The notes beneath the pieces are model-generated. The model ran no database searches. It worked only from the letters and a program-made list of their open reading frames with translations, and was not told where the DNA came from. A DNA stretch of 64,000 nucleotides from Bdellovibrionales bacterium (GTDB taxonomy: Bacteria; Bdellovibrionota; UBA1018; CAIMNF01), in assembly GCA_947502835.1 (NCBI GenBank), contig CANNBJ010000003.1, positions 376,825 to 440,824 on the forward strand. The letters are read 5' to 3'. Every line of letters starts with the position of its first letter. The stretch's first letter is position 1. Below, piece after piece: positions 18,194-27,294 of the stretch. The translations under genes were made by a program, and so were the position numbers.

Positions 18194-18994
18194 TTATTGA
18201 AGTCCGAGGATGAGGATGAGTTGCTGGCGTTTCAACCCGGATCCTGCACCGGGAGGGGCTTGGGTCAAAAGCTCATTGATGGAGGAAAGGATACCAGTCT
18301 GATTCCCTGTGAATTCGCCAATTCGTTGTTCGGCAGTATCAAGAGCGGACCACAGCATGTTGAGAGATGCTGTGCCATCCCAGTCGCCCGGGGCAGTTAG
18401 ATCCGGGGTGGTACCCCCGTCCGGGAAACCGGCTGTGGCGACACACTGTAGTGCATCACCCGCACAGGCGGTGGGATCGGTTACGATGTCACTCGCGGAA
18501 AGGACTCCATCCGCTCCCACTGCTTGGGCGAGTACGGTATTAAACATGGTAATCGAAGACAGGAACTGCGAAAACGCCCTCAGTTTTGGATTCGCATTGG
18601 AAATGGTACCGTTGCTCGCATAGGTTTCCTGAATGAGCACTCGATTTGCCGCTGTTGCGACATTTCTTCCTGCGATCAATTCCGCCATGCTCGAGAGCGT
18701 TCGTCCGTTTCCAAGTGAGGTTCCGAGTGCACTGATCAGGTCCGAGAAGGAAAACACGCGAGCCTGTCCCAGACGGGCGAGCGAGGTTTCATTGATTCTG
18801 ATGTCGGCATAGGAGTCCGAAAGCGCCTGGTAGTGTTCCAGGGCGCAAGGGAAGTCATTCCGATCGAGACATGCCCGAGCTGCATCGAGATGTTGCTCAT
18901 CGTTTGACGGACTTGAAAGTCCACCGTACAGATTGCATCCGGAAAGAGTGACCAGCAAGAGGAGGAGACCTGAATTGGATGGGGTTTTCATCAT
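18194..18994 (-). CDS. Hypothetical lipoprotein (helical)
   Basis: Lipobox LSGC after a hydrophobic signal; TPR-like first helices. Confidence 0.7.
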   Translation of the reverse strand: MMKTPSNSGLLLLLVTLSGCNLYGGLSSPSNDEQHLDAARACLDRNDFPCALEHYQALSDSYADIRINETSLARLGQARVFSFSDLISALGTSLGNGRTLSSMAELIAGRNVATAANRVLIQETYASNGTISNANPKLRAFSQFLSSITMFNTVLAQAVGADGVLSASDIVTDPTACAGDALQCVATAGFPDGGTTPDLTAPGDWDGTASLNMLWSALDTAEQRIGEFTGNQTGILSSINELLTQAPPGAGSGLKRQQLILILGLQ

Positions 18995-19066
18995 TCAAGA
19001 AGTGTAACGGACTTGCGGCGCGTGAATGAAGTGATAATTTCTTAACAGACGAATCAAACCACCGGA

Positions 19067-19999
19067 TTATTTCTGGGGATCAGGATTCGGAAACGGAGCG
19101 GAGAGTGGGCCTGTCAATTTGTAGGCGTATTTCCCGTCAGCCTGCCTTGCGCTTGCAATGAGGCTCTCCATGAAAGAGAGGGAGGAGAGCGTCTTCGGGG
19201 AGAGGGAAAACAACACGCGCAAATTGAGCGGACTTGAGTTCAAATTCCGGTTCAATGCCACGTCTCCGGTGAGCGCTAGGGTCACATCATCGGATGGACG
19301 GCCGATTTGGACATTCTTCATGAGGACCTTGCCGCCCTTGATTTCCACGTTCACGGTACCTTCTGAGACGGAAATGGAGGGGATTTTGAATGCGATGATC
19401 ATCTGCTCATCCAACTGCACATTCTTCAGTCGCAAATCGATCGCACCATTGAATGTTGCCAGATCAGAGGGGGATCCTGTGACGCGACTCTTTCCCGTGA
19501 TCGTCCCCGAGCCCTTGATTCCCGCAAACGCAAACAATCCGAATCGGGACAAATCCACATCGTTCAGATCAAGATCTGCTTCGATGAAGTCGCGTTTTGC
19601 CAGAAGGTCCAGGAGAATCTCGGACTTTCCTTGTCGCAAAACGGCACTGGCGCCTGCCCTTCCTGTGAACAGGGAGAGGAGCTTTGGTCGCACCTCGAGC
19701 TCATCCAGTTCGATTCGGGTTTGGTCGCGGAGTTCCAATGTCGGGTGATCGAGTCGGTATCTTAAGCCTGTGATCAGGGAGAGGGACCTTCCCCGATCAG
19801 AAATATAGATTCCGAAGGGATCGAGGGAGCTTTGGACGTAGCCTTGAATGAGAGCTGTGATCTTGGCCTCGGGAAGCTTGAAAAGAGTGAAAAACAAGAT
19901 CAGTCCAAGGAAGGAAAACCCAAGCCCGATCATTTTTGGAATGCTTCGCGCGGTGGTCTGACTGGTGGATTCGAGAGAGGCGCCGGTTGCTTCACTCAT
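19067..19999 (-). CDS. gspN: Type II secretion protein GspN
   Basis: Last gene of the gsp cluster; N-terminal TM then beta-taco-like strands; 'YKLTGPLSAP' C-terminus. Confidence 0.75.
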   Translation of the reverse strand: MSEATGASLESTSQTTARSIPKMIGLGFSFLGLILFFTLFKLPEAKITALIQGYVQSSLDPFGIYISDRGRSLSLITGLRYRLDHPTLELRDQTRIELDELEVRPKLLSLFTGRAGASAVLRQGKSEILLDLLAKRDFIEADLDLNDVDLSRFGLFAFAGIKGSGTITGKSRVTGSPSDLATFNGAIDLRLKNVQLDEQMIIAFKIPSISVSEGTVNVEIKGGKVLMKNVQIGRPSDDVTLALTGDVALNRNLNSSPLNLRVLFSLSPKTLSSLSFMESLIASARQADGKYAYKLTGPLSAPFPNPDPQK

Positions 20000-20592
20000 C
20001 GTTTGCCACCATCCTGCTCTTTTTTCGCCAAATAACCGCTCACATTGATTTTGGCAGAGAGTTTTCCTTCTTCCGCGCCGGACTCAATCGCAATGCCCTT
20101 CAGCTTCATGGGGGGATTCCCTTGTTCCATCTGCGCAAGAATCTGAACCAACGGGCGGAGCGGAATGTTCTTCAGCTTCAGCTCGAGCAGGGATTCCTGA
20201 AGCACATTTTGTGATGCCCCTGGAGACTCCTTCACGATCTCGAGGGATTCCGCGGGGACCCCCTGGGCAGTGACGCGAGATGTGAGTATGGATTTCCAGT
20301 TTTGGTCTCCGGAGGGCGCAATGCCCGAACTTTGTCCCTTCAGCCGGCGAAGTTCGTCGCTCGCATCGGAGACAACCCGCGCAAGTTCCTGATGCTCGAA
20401 ATATTCGTCCCGCGCACCATTTGCTGAATTGATCATCGAGAAAATCAGGAAAAAAAGCGCAAGGAATCCCAGTCCGGTCGCGCCCCATTTAACATATCCT
20501 TGCTGCTCGGAGGAAAGTTGATGGTAGGCTGCTTGAAGCTGTTGATAAAATTCCTGTTCCTTGATCTTCTCGAGCACTGATCCGGCATCCAT
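19996..20592 (-). CDS. gspM: Type II secretion protein GspM
   Basis: Single TM, coiled coil, ferredoxin-like C-terminus; lies after gspL. Confidence 0.72.
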   Translation of the reverse strand: MDAGSVLEKIKEQEFYQQLQAAYHQLSSEQQGYVKWGATGLGFLALFFLIFSMINSANGARDEYFEHQELARVVSDASDELRRLKGQSSGIAPSGDQNWKSILTSRVTAQGVPAESLEIVKESPGASQNVLQESLLELKLKNIPLRPLVQILAQMEQGNPPMKLKGIAIESGAEEGKLSAKINVSGYLAKKEQDGGKR

Positions 20593-20593
20593 T

Positions 20594-22219
20594 TTATTTC
20601 TTCGCTCCTATGGTCCCCGCGTACACAACCCGGAAGACTTTTCGTCCCTCGCGGGTGAGCTCCTCGGAATTTCCCCTTTTGAGCCCGAAGTTCTTCTCGA
20701 GGACTTCCGTAAGTTTCGAAATGGCCTGCGGGTTGCTCACGATGAAGGAGAGGCTGGTTTTGAGCGGAGCGCTCTCGATGAAACGATCCGTGTTGTCGGA
20801 GCCTGAGTCAAAGTTCACCATGTCCACAACCACGTCGCGGGAGATCTTTTCCGAGAGCGATCGCAGGAAGTTCAGCGGGGAGTTTGTGTTTGGCGCAAAT
20901 AGTTTGGCCATTTCGCGCTCCTTCACCAGGTCATCTTGAATGGTTTTTTTCAGCTTCGAGGGGCTTGCGAGTTGGTTCCTGACCGCACCATCCCCGATTC
21001 CACCGAAATAGGTCTTTACCACGCGTTCAAGAGCTGTTTTTGCATCATCGCGTTTCACCTTGTAGTAATTGTATTCGATGGTTTTTGTCGCGAAAAAAAC
21101 AAGGGAAGTGATGAGAAGGTAGGGAAGAGGTTTCTTGATCAACTCAAGGGGTGAATCATCGGTGCCACCGTTTTTTGCGAATGGACCTCGTCTCAGGTTC
21201 AAGGCCGGAATCTTGTCGGCGGGCACTGCGGTCATCGCCAGGGCAAGAGCGCGCGCAAATCGAACCTCGGAGGGATCCGAGTAGGAGACCTGGGAGCCGG
21301 TGAGCATGCTCAAGGGGCGAAACAGGGTGCAGGTTTTTTGAATCGATTCTTGAAGCCAGTTCAAGAACCCGGGAAGAAGCGCCCCTTCCCCTGTGACCAG
21401 GATTTCATCAATCGGGGTCTTCGTCTGGCTTCGGGCCGCAAGCTCAATTTGCCTGACCTCAGGAATGAGCACTTCGAGGACCTCGGTGATTGAGTCCGAA
21501 ACATCCTCGTTGATCCCGGTAACTCCGATATCCTGAATCCAGGTCTTGAGTTCATCCCTGCTTGCACTCAGTTTTTCTTCGAGTTTTCTTTCGATCGTAA
21601 CAATCCCAAACGGGATTTCACGGTAGAGCACAGGGCGATTGCCGGAATTCACATAAAAGAAGGTTTTGTTGCGCTCAACTCCGATCAGAAGTGAGGTGAC
21701 GGCTTCCTCTCCTTTTTGGAGGGGTTTATGGAGTCTCGAAAAGAGGCATCGATACGCCCATGCATCCGTGGTGATGGTGTCAGGATTGATCCCGCTCGAC
21801 ATGAGGCCCTGAAGATGTTGCTCGAAGCTGTCTTTTTTGACGGCACCCACATGGATCATGGAGCCGGACTCGGGGCTGGGGAGAGTCGCATAATCATAAT
21901 GCAGATTTTCGGACTCGAAGGGGAGGTCGTCCTCCAGTTCGAATCCCAGAGCGGCTCGAATCGCTTTTTTGTCCTTGGTTGCCAGGTGGATGTTTCGAAA
22001 TGTTCCAATCTCGATCGGTGCCGAGGTGATCAATCGCCCCGGTTTTCCTGAAATGCTGCCGAGCAAGTTCGAGGCGGCAAACAACGGGTCGGCTGGCGTT
22101 TCAGAGTCGGAGGGAAGAACCGATTCCAAGGTCTCCCGGATCTCAAATCGTCCGAAATGGGTTTCGAGTTCTACGCAGGCAATGGCGTCTTTAGAGATGT
22201 CCAATCCGAAGACTCGCAT
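20594..22219 (-). CDS. gspL: Type II secretion protein GspL (PilM-like actin fold fused to a PilN-like part)
   Basis: 'VFGLDI', 'FELEDDLPF', 'LVTGEGALLPG', 'LNLR' then TM. Confidence 0.8.
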   Translation of the reverse strand: MRVFGLDISKDAIACVELETHFGRFEIRETLESVLPSDSETPADPLFAASNLLGSISGKPGRLITSAPIEIGTFRNIHLATKDKKAIRAALGFELEDDLPFESENLHYDYATLPSPESGSMIHVGAVKKDSFEQHLQGLMSSGINPDTITTDAWAYRCLFSRLHKPLQKGEEAVTSLLIGVERNKTFFYVNSGNRPVLYREIPFGIVTIERKLEEKLSASRDELKTWIQDIGVTGINEDVSDSITEVLEVLIPEVRQIELAARSQTKTPIDEILVTGEGALLPGFLNWLQESIQKTCTLFRPLSMLTGSQVSYSDPSEVRFARALALAMTAVPADKIPALNLRRGPFAKNGGTDDSPLELIKKPLPYLLITSLVFFATKTIEYNYYKVKRDDAKTALERVVKTYFGGIGDGAVRNQLASPSKLKKTIQDDLVKEREMAKLFAPNTNSPLNFLRSLSEKISRDVVVDMVNFDSGSDNTDRFIESAPLKTSLSFIVSNPQAISKLTEVLEKNFGLKRGNSEELTREGRKVFRVVYAGTIGAKK

Positions 22220-22232
22220 AGGAAAATTATAC

Positions 22233-23597
22233 TCACAAAAACCTGAGTTGAGTAATTTTTAAATTGCTCCTTTCGTTCGTGGAATCCGTGGGATTGCCGG
22301 GGGTTGGCAAGTTGGGCTGGGGTATTTGAGTTCCGGGCGTGGTGGGGGCGGGTTGGGTGGGCGATTCGATCAGGCTGACCATTGCCTCCAGGGTTTTTTT
22401 GGTCTGCTGAACCGTGGCTTCCACATGAACGAGGAAGTTCGACTCCTCGGTGATGATTCGGATTCCCCTCTGGGTGAGAAGATTCCTGAGCTCCGAGGTT
22501 CTGGTGTCGGAACCCATATAGTGCTGAACCTTTTCTTTAAGGTATTTAAAGAACTCATCGGAATTCTTGAATTTATTGTCCTCTTTGTTTTCCTCGCCGC
22601 CTCCATCGCGAAACTCAAAGAACTTGGTGACCTCCTCCTTGGTCATCTGGGGGACGATGGCCTTGAGCACTGGCTCCTGAATCGTATTGATGTTGATGAA
22701 GGAAGCCACCCCTGCATTGAATTGCTCGGAAAGCAAGGCGTAGATCGTGTCATCCATGGAAGGGAGATAATTCAATTCTGAAACATGGTAGAAGGGCGCT
22801 TTCTTGAAGGGCAGGTTGCTTGCCTGTTCACGGTTCGATTCGAACGAAAGATCGCTCCACCCCACGATCTCATCCAAAAGGTCCTCGATCCTGAAGTTCC
22901 GATACTCGTCGCGGAACTTCGCATCCTCCTCGAAACGGCGCTGAAAAGTGTCTTTGATCTGCTGGCCCAGGGCCTGCCGGGATTGTTCCGGATCATAACT
23001 CACCGGAGTGGGGGATGCTGAAGCCGTACCGTCCGCACCCGGTGAGGCGGGATTCGAGGGGGCGCCCCCGCCGGTACCGGGCCTGGCCGGAGAGGGGGAG
23101 GCCGATGCCAGGGCGGCGAAAGAGTGGAGGGTGCTGTTCAAGTTGATTTTGTTGGATTGGGCCTGAATGGAGATATAGAGCTTTCCCTCCATGGAGGAAT
23201 CCTTCCGGAACTTTGTAAGGGCGTCTTTCATTTCCATGGGGAGGGATGAAATGTCGCCTGTAAAGGGGATTGTGATGGGTTCCGCCCAGATTTTCTCGAT
23301 CATGGCCTTCGGCACCATTGAATCCACCATGGATGCGTTTGCTCCGGCACCTTCCGAGAGTTTTCCAATCGTCTTTTTCAATTCCGAATAGGCTCGAATC
23401 CGGAGAAGGGAAAGCCGGAGTCCGCTCTTGGCCAGTGCCTGGGCTTTCACCTGGTCAAGCCGGTCATAGGCCAGTTTTTGATTGATTTGCGAGGTATAGG
23501 TGATTTCGCTCACGAAAATCGCAAGGGTTGCCATGGAAGCCAGAACGATGAAAAGTGCGACTCCTTGATGATCAATACGTTTTCGGAAGGACATCAT
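22233..23597 (-). CDS. gspK: Type II secretion minor pseudopilin GspK
   Basis: 'QGVALFIVL', 'KINLN', 'PFYHVSEL', 'ININT'; start revised to 23597. Confidence 0.85.
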   Translation of the reverse strand: MMSFRKRIDHQGVALFIVLASMATLAIFVSEITYTSQINQKLAYDRLDQVKAQALAKSGLRLSLLRIRAYSELKKTIGKLSEGAGANASMVDSMVPKAMIEKIWAEPITIPFTGDISSLPMEMKDALTKFRKDSSMEGKLYISIQAQSNKINLNSTLHSFAALASASPSPARPGTGGGAPSNPASPGADGTASASPTPVSYDPEQSRQALGQQIKDTFQRRFEEDAKFRDEYRNFRIEDLLDEIVGWSDLSFESNREQASNLPFKKAPFYHVSELNYLPSMDDTIYALLSEQFNAGVASFININTIQEPVLKAIVPQMTKEEVTKFFEFRDGGGEENKEDNKFKNSDEFFKYLKEKVQHYMGSDTRTSELRNLLTQRGIRIITEESNFLVHVEATVQQTKKTLEAMVSLIESPTQPAPTTPGTQIPQPNLPTPGNPTDSTNERSNLKITQLRFL

Positions 23598-24447
23598 TTG
23601 GGGTCTCCAGGTTGAAGAGGACTTTGGAATCAAGAACCCGTTCCTCCGGGCCCACGAGCGTGACTTCCATTTCAATTGAAACGGGGAATTTCCCTTTTGG
23701 GTCAGTACTCTCCGAATCCCACTCGCGCACCGGATCCTTGTCGCCCGGCTTGTAAAACATGAACTTGAGTTTTTTCACGTTGTTCAAGATCACGTAGGTA
23801 TTGATGTAGGGGGCCTCCCTCGGTTCGTCGATCTCGAAGGCGCGGGTGTTCTCCACTTTGATCAGGGAGTACAGGCCTGCGAGTTTTTGATTTTGTTCCG
23901 CGCTCAGGTTCGGGTTGGGCGCTTGTTTGACGAGCTCGTATTTCACCTTCGCGTAGATTGATTCTTTTTTGGATTGGTAGATCCGGACATGGGATGCGGT
24001 CACAAAACTCATTTCCGTATCCTTGCCCTTGAACCGCGATGCCCGGATTCCCGTGGGGTCGAGAATGGGACCCCAGAACTCGGACGCTTGAAAGCCTCGT
24101 CCCCGGGTACGTCTGGTGATCTCATCGATTCCAAGAGCAGGAGGCGGGGCGGCTTGCCCGGGGGGAGGCGGGGGGGGCGGAGGAGGAGGATTGTAAGGGT
24201 CAAGAGGTTTGAAGTCGGGTGCGAGAAACCAGCGGGGATTGAAGATTTGACTGAGATCGCGCTCGATGAAGAGGGTCGAAGTCCGGAATTCGCTCGAGAA
24301 TTCGGTTTCATCCTTCAGGACTTCTTTCAGTTTTGCAGCATCAATGACCGCCTTTGATGTGGTGGTACCGATCATCACGAGGATGAACAGTGCGATCATG
24401 ACTTCGATCAGGGTGAACCCCTTATTCTTCGGACATTTTGAATTCAT
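23572..24447 (-). CDS. gspJ: Type II secretion minor pseudopilin GspJ
   Basis: 'KGFTLIEVMIAL', 'IERDL', 'FPVSIEMEVTL'. Confidence 0.85.
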   Translation of the reverse strand: MNSKCPKNKGFTLIEVMIALFILVMIGTTTSKAVIDAAKLKEVLKDETEFSSEFRTSTLFIERDLSQIFNPRWFLAPDFKPLDPYNPPPPPPPPPPGQAAPPPALGIDEITRRTRGRGFQASEFWGPILDPTGIRASRFKGKDTEMSFVTASHVRIYQSKKESIYAKVKYELVKQAPNPNLSAEQNQKLAGLYSLIKVENTRAFEIDEPREAPYINTYVILNNVKKLKFMFYKPGDKDPVREWDSESTDPKGKFPVSIEMEVTLVGPEERVLDSKVLFNLETPNDVLPKTY

Positions 24448-24955
24448 GATTCAAATCCACCCAGTATTGGCTGACGCTGTATTTTTGGTTTTCGCCCTTG
24501 TCCTTCCAAAGAATCGTCACGGTCACTTCCCGTGTTGCTTTAGACAGGTAGGAGGTTGCAATCTTCACCACGCGCTCGGCATTCGGGTCAATTTCCGGCT
24601 TTGTGCCGGAGTCCCCGCTCCCGGATCCTCCTTGATTCTGACTCATGATCTTGGGAAACGAGATCTCCTTGATTTTTCGCTCCCACGAATAGTCTGCGAA
24701 AGGCGCATCGAATTTCCCGAAGCTCTCGGTTCGCACTTCCGTGAACGGCTTGCCTTGGATTTCCCGTTCTGCCTCCACCATGACATTTCTAGCCAAAGTG
24801 GCGACTGTGTTCATCCGTTTGGCGCGAATTGTGACATCAAGACTGTTGTTTTCGGCAACGAGGATGGCCCCGATTCCGATGGCCAGAATGCCGATCGCGA
24901 TCATCACTTCAAGCAGGGTGAATCCGGATTCTCGATGGGAGGGGGAGCGTCTCAT
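24422..24955 (-). CDS. gspI: Type II secretion minor pseudopilin GspI
   Basis: 'SGFTLLEVMIAI'; start at 24955 overlaps the gspH stop. Confidence 0.83.
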   Translation of the reverse strand: MRRSPSHRESGFTLLEVMIAIGILAIGIGAILVAENNSLDVTIRAKRMNTVATLARNVMVEAEREIQGKPFTEVRTESFGKFDAPFADYSWERKIKEISFPKIMSQNQGGSGSGDSGTKPEIDPNAERVVKIATSYLSKATREVTVTILWKDKGENQKYSVSQYWVDLNHEFKMSEE

Positions 24956-25587
24956 CGTTTGAAGAACTCCTTTGCATCGATGTAACGTCCTTCGACATAG
25001 CATCTTCCGAGGAGATTGGAGACAGTGAGCGTTACTTCATTCTTGGCTGTGTCCTGAAGATGGATCAGGGTCTTTTCCGTCAATCCCTGGGGGAAGACAT
25101 GGGTATACGCGACGCCTTCGGTGATCGGGTTTTCACCTTGCTCTGTGACGACATCCTTGATGCTCACCCCGATGGCGAGGCTTCGCTTCTTTTTGGTGAG
25201 CAGATTCTCCTGGCGGAATCCACCGTTGTTCTTTTTCTCCTCTTCCTCGGCTTCTTTCAGGGAAAAGTATCCCCGGCTTCGTTCTTTTTCTTTTTTCAGG
25301 GTTTCATCGCTCTTGAGGAGGGTCGCCTCACTCGTTGACTCGACCCAATATTGCTGGTTTTTCAGATCATATGCGATCCGGTGAACCCGCCCGGTGATTT
25401 GGGCCGAGTTGACAGTGTCTTTGATCAGGGTGGCGATTTCACGTCCGGAGGACTGTACTGAAAAACGGAAGGTGTTGGAGATGCTCGGAATGGCAATCAG
25501 GCCTACAAGGCCCAGAATGCCGATGACGATCAGCAATTCGATGAGGGAGAATCCGGATTCACTCTTCTGGATTCTCCCCCAGTTCAT
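24952..25587 (-). CDS. gspH: Type II secretion minor pseudopilin GspH
   Basis: 'SGFSLIELLIVI'; follows gspG. Confidence 0.82.
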   Translation of the reverse strand: MNWGRIQKSESGFSLIELLIVIGILGLVGLIAIPSISNTFRFSVQSSGREIATLIKDTVNSAQITGRVHRIAYDLKNQQYWVESTSEATLLKSDETLKKEKERSRGYFSLKEAEEEEKKNNGGFRQENLLTKKKRSLAIGVSIKDVVTEQGENPITEGVAYTHVFPQGLTEKTLIHLQDTAKNEVTLTVSNLLGRCYVEGRYIDAKEFFKR

Positions 25588-25590
25588 GAT

Positions 25591-26040
25591 TTAATCCTGA
25601 TCTGAAACGGTGATGTCCGCATCGTAGTCGGCACCACCTTCTTTCTTGTCAGAGCCCAGGGACTTGATCTCAAAGGTATTCCCGTCCGAGGTGTAGAGAT
25701 AATCCATGTCCCACGCGTCTTTTGGTACCGACTTCTTGTCAAGGTAGCCTTTCGGTGCGTAGTTCTTGCACTCGGGTGCGGCAGTGGGCTTTGTGATGAG
25801 CGCGTCCATTCCCTGATTGGTGTTGGGGTAGCTTCCGCAATCCAAACGGAATTGCTTGAGAGTGGAGGAAAGGTTCTTCATGTTGACCTTCGTGGTTTCC
25901 ACTTTGGCTTTATCGAAATTGGAGATCAGCTTCGGGCCCACGACACCGATGAGCAGTCCCAGGATCCCGATCACGATCATCAATTCGATGAGCGAAAATC
26001 CGGATTCGGAGCAAATCATTCTTGTTTTTTTGTTTTTCAT
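25591..26040 (-). CDS. gspG: Type II secretion major pseudopilin GspG
   Basis: 'GFSLIELMIV', 'YPNTNQGMDAL', 'PKDAW', 'SLGSD..EGG...DADI'. Confidence 0.95.
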   Translation of the reverse strand: MKNKKTRMICSESGFSLIELMIVIGILGLLIGVVGPKLISNFDKAKVETTKVNMKNLSSTLKQFRLDCGSYPNTNQGMDALITKPTAAPECKNYAPKGYLDKKSVPKDAWDMDYLYTSDGNTFEIKSLGSDKKEGGADYDADITVSDQD

Positions 26041-26061
26041 TTCCTGGTTTCCTTTCGTTGT

Positions 26062-27285
26062 TTATCGACTCAAGTTGCTCATTTCCATCAAAGGCGTGAT
26101 CACGGACACCACGATGAACCCTACCGTCCCCCCCATGAACACGATCATGGCGGGTTCGAGCATGGAAGTCATGGAATCCACCGCGGTCGAAACCTGTTCC
26201 TCGTAGGAGTCTGCGACGTTTTTCAGCATTCCGGGGAGCTCCCCGGTTTTTTCCCCGATCGAGATCATGTGGATCACGAGAGGGGGAAACTCGCCACTTC
26301 TCCGCAAGGGTTCGGCAATCGACTGCCCTTCGGTGATATTGCTTCGGGCGTTTTCAACCGCACGGGCAATATGAACATTCCCCACGAGGTTTCGCGCAAT
26401 ATTCATCGCAGTCAGGATCGGCACTCCCGAACCGAGCAGGGTCGACATGGTGCTCGCAAACCGGTTGATGGCAGCCATCCGTGTGACTTTTCCAAAAACC
26501 GGCGCGGACAACTTGAATCGGTCCCAGTGATCACGCCCTCGTGTGGTGTGAATATAGCGATTAAAGAGGGTTATGGTCAACCCGACACCAAGCAGGAGCG
26601 CCCACCACCAGGAGGTCATCTGCACGGAGATCCAGATCAGGATTTCGGTGGTCAACGGAAGTGCTTTATTCATGGAAACGAAGATCTGCTGCAGCTTCGG
26701 GATCACGAATGCAAAAATTCCAACCAACACGGCAATTGCGACCAAAAACATGATCGCGGGATAGGTCATCCCCCCCACGATTTTTCGACGCAAGCGGGTC
26801 TGCGACTCCTTGAGATCAGCCAGTCGAAGGAGAACGAGGCTCAAGGTTCCCGAGCTTTCGCCCGCTTCGACCATGTTGACATAGATATTGTCGAAGGTTT
26901 TTGGATGCTGGAGGAGGGCCTTTGCCAAGGAGCTCCCCTCATTGACCGCTTCCCTGACTTGGGAAAGTTGACTCTTGAGTCCGACCGATTCGATTTGGTC
27001 CACCAGCGCGTTCAGCGCATCCACAAGCGGAATGTTGGCTTTGACAAGTGAGGCCAGCTGGCGCGTCATGACCGCAACCTCTTCCTGGCTTACCCGACTC
27101 GCGAAAAGGGTAAGGCCTGATTTGGGTTTGCCTTTCGCAGAGACCGCGTTTTTCTCGTAGATGTCGGTCACCATGAGGCCTTGTTTTTTAAGCTTTTGGC
27201 GAGCGGATTTCAGGGAGTCGCTTTCAACATGACCCTTCGAGGCCTTGCCATCGAGTCCGATTGCCTTGTATTCAAAGAGTGCCAT
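26062..27285 (-). CDS. gspF: Type II secretion platform protein GspF
   Basis: 'TRQLASL', 'MVEAGESSG', 'GEKTGEL', 'MLEP'. Confidence 0.95.
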   Translation of the reverse strand: MALFEYKAIGLDGKASKGHVESDSLKSARQKLKKQGLMVTDIYEKNAVSAKGKPKSGLTLFASRVSQEEVAVMTRQLASLVKANIPLVDALNALVDQIESVGLKSQLSQVREAVNEGSSLAKALLQHPKTFDNIYVNMVEAGESSGTLSLVLLRLADLKESQTRLRRKIVGGMTYPAIMFLVAIAVLVGIFAFVIPKLQQIFVSMNKALPLTTEILIWISVQMTSWWWALLLGVGLTITLFNRYIHTTRGRDHWDRFKLSAPVFGKVTRMAAINRFASTMSTLLGSGVPILTAMNIARNLVGNVHIARAVENARSNITEGQSIAEPLRRSGEFPPLVIHMISIGEKTGELPGMLKNVADSYEEQVSTAVDSMTSMLEPAMIVFMGGTVGFIVVSVITPLMEMSNLSR

Positions 27286-27294
27286 GGGGTTTTC

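Noticed and set aside
24920-26008. Palindrome AATCCGGATT repeated in gspG, gspH and gspI
   Set aside because: It encodes the shared ESGF prepilin cleavage motif
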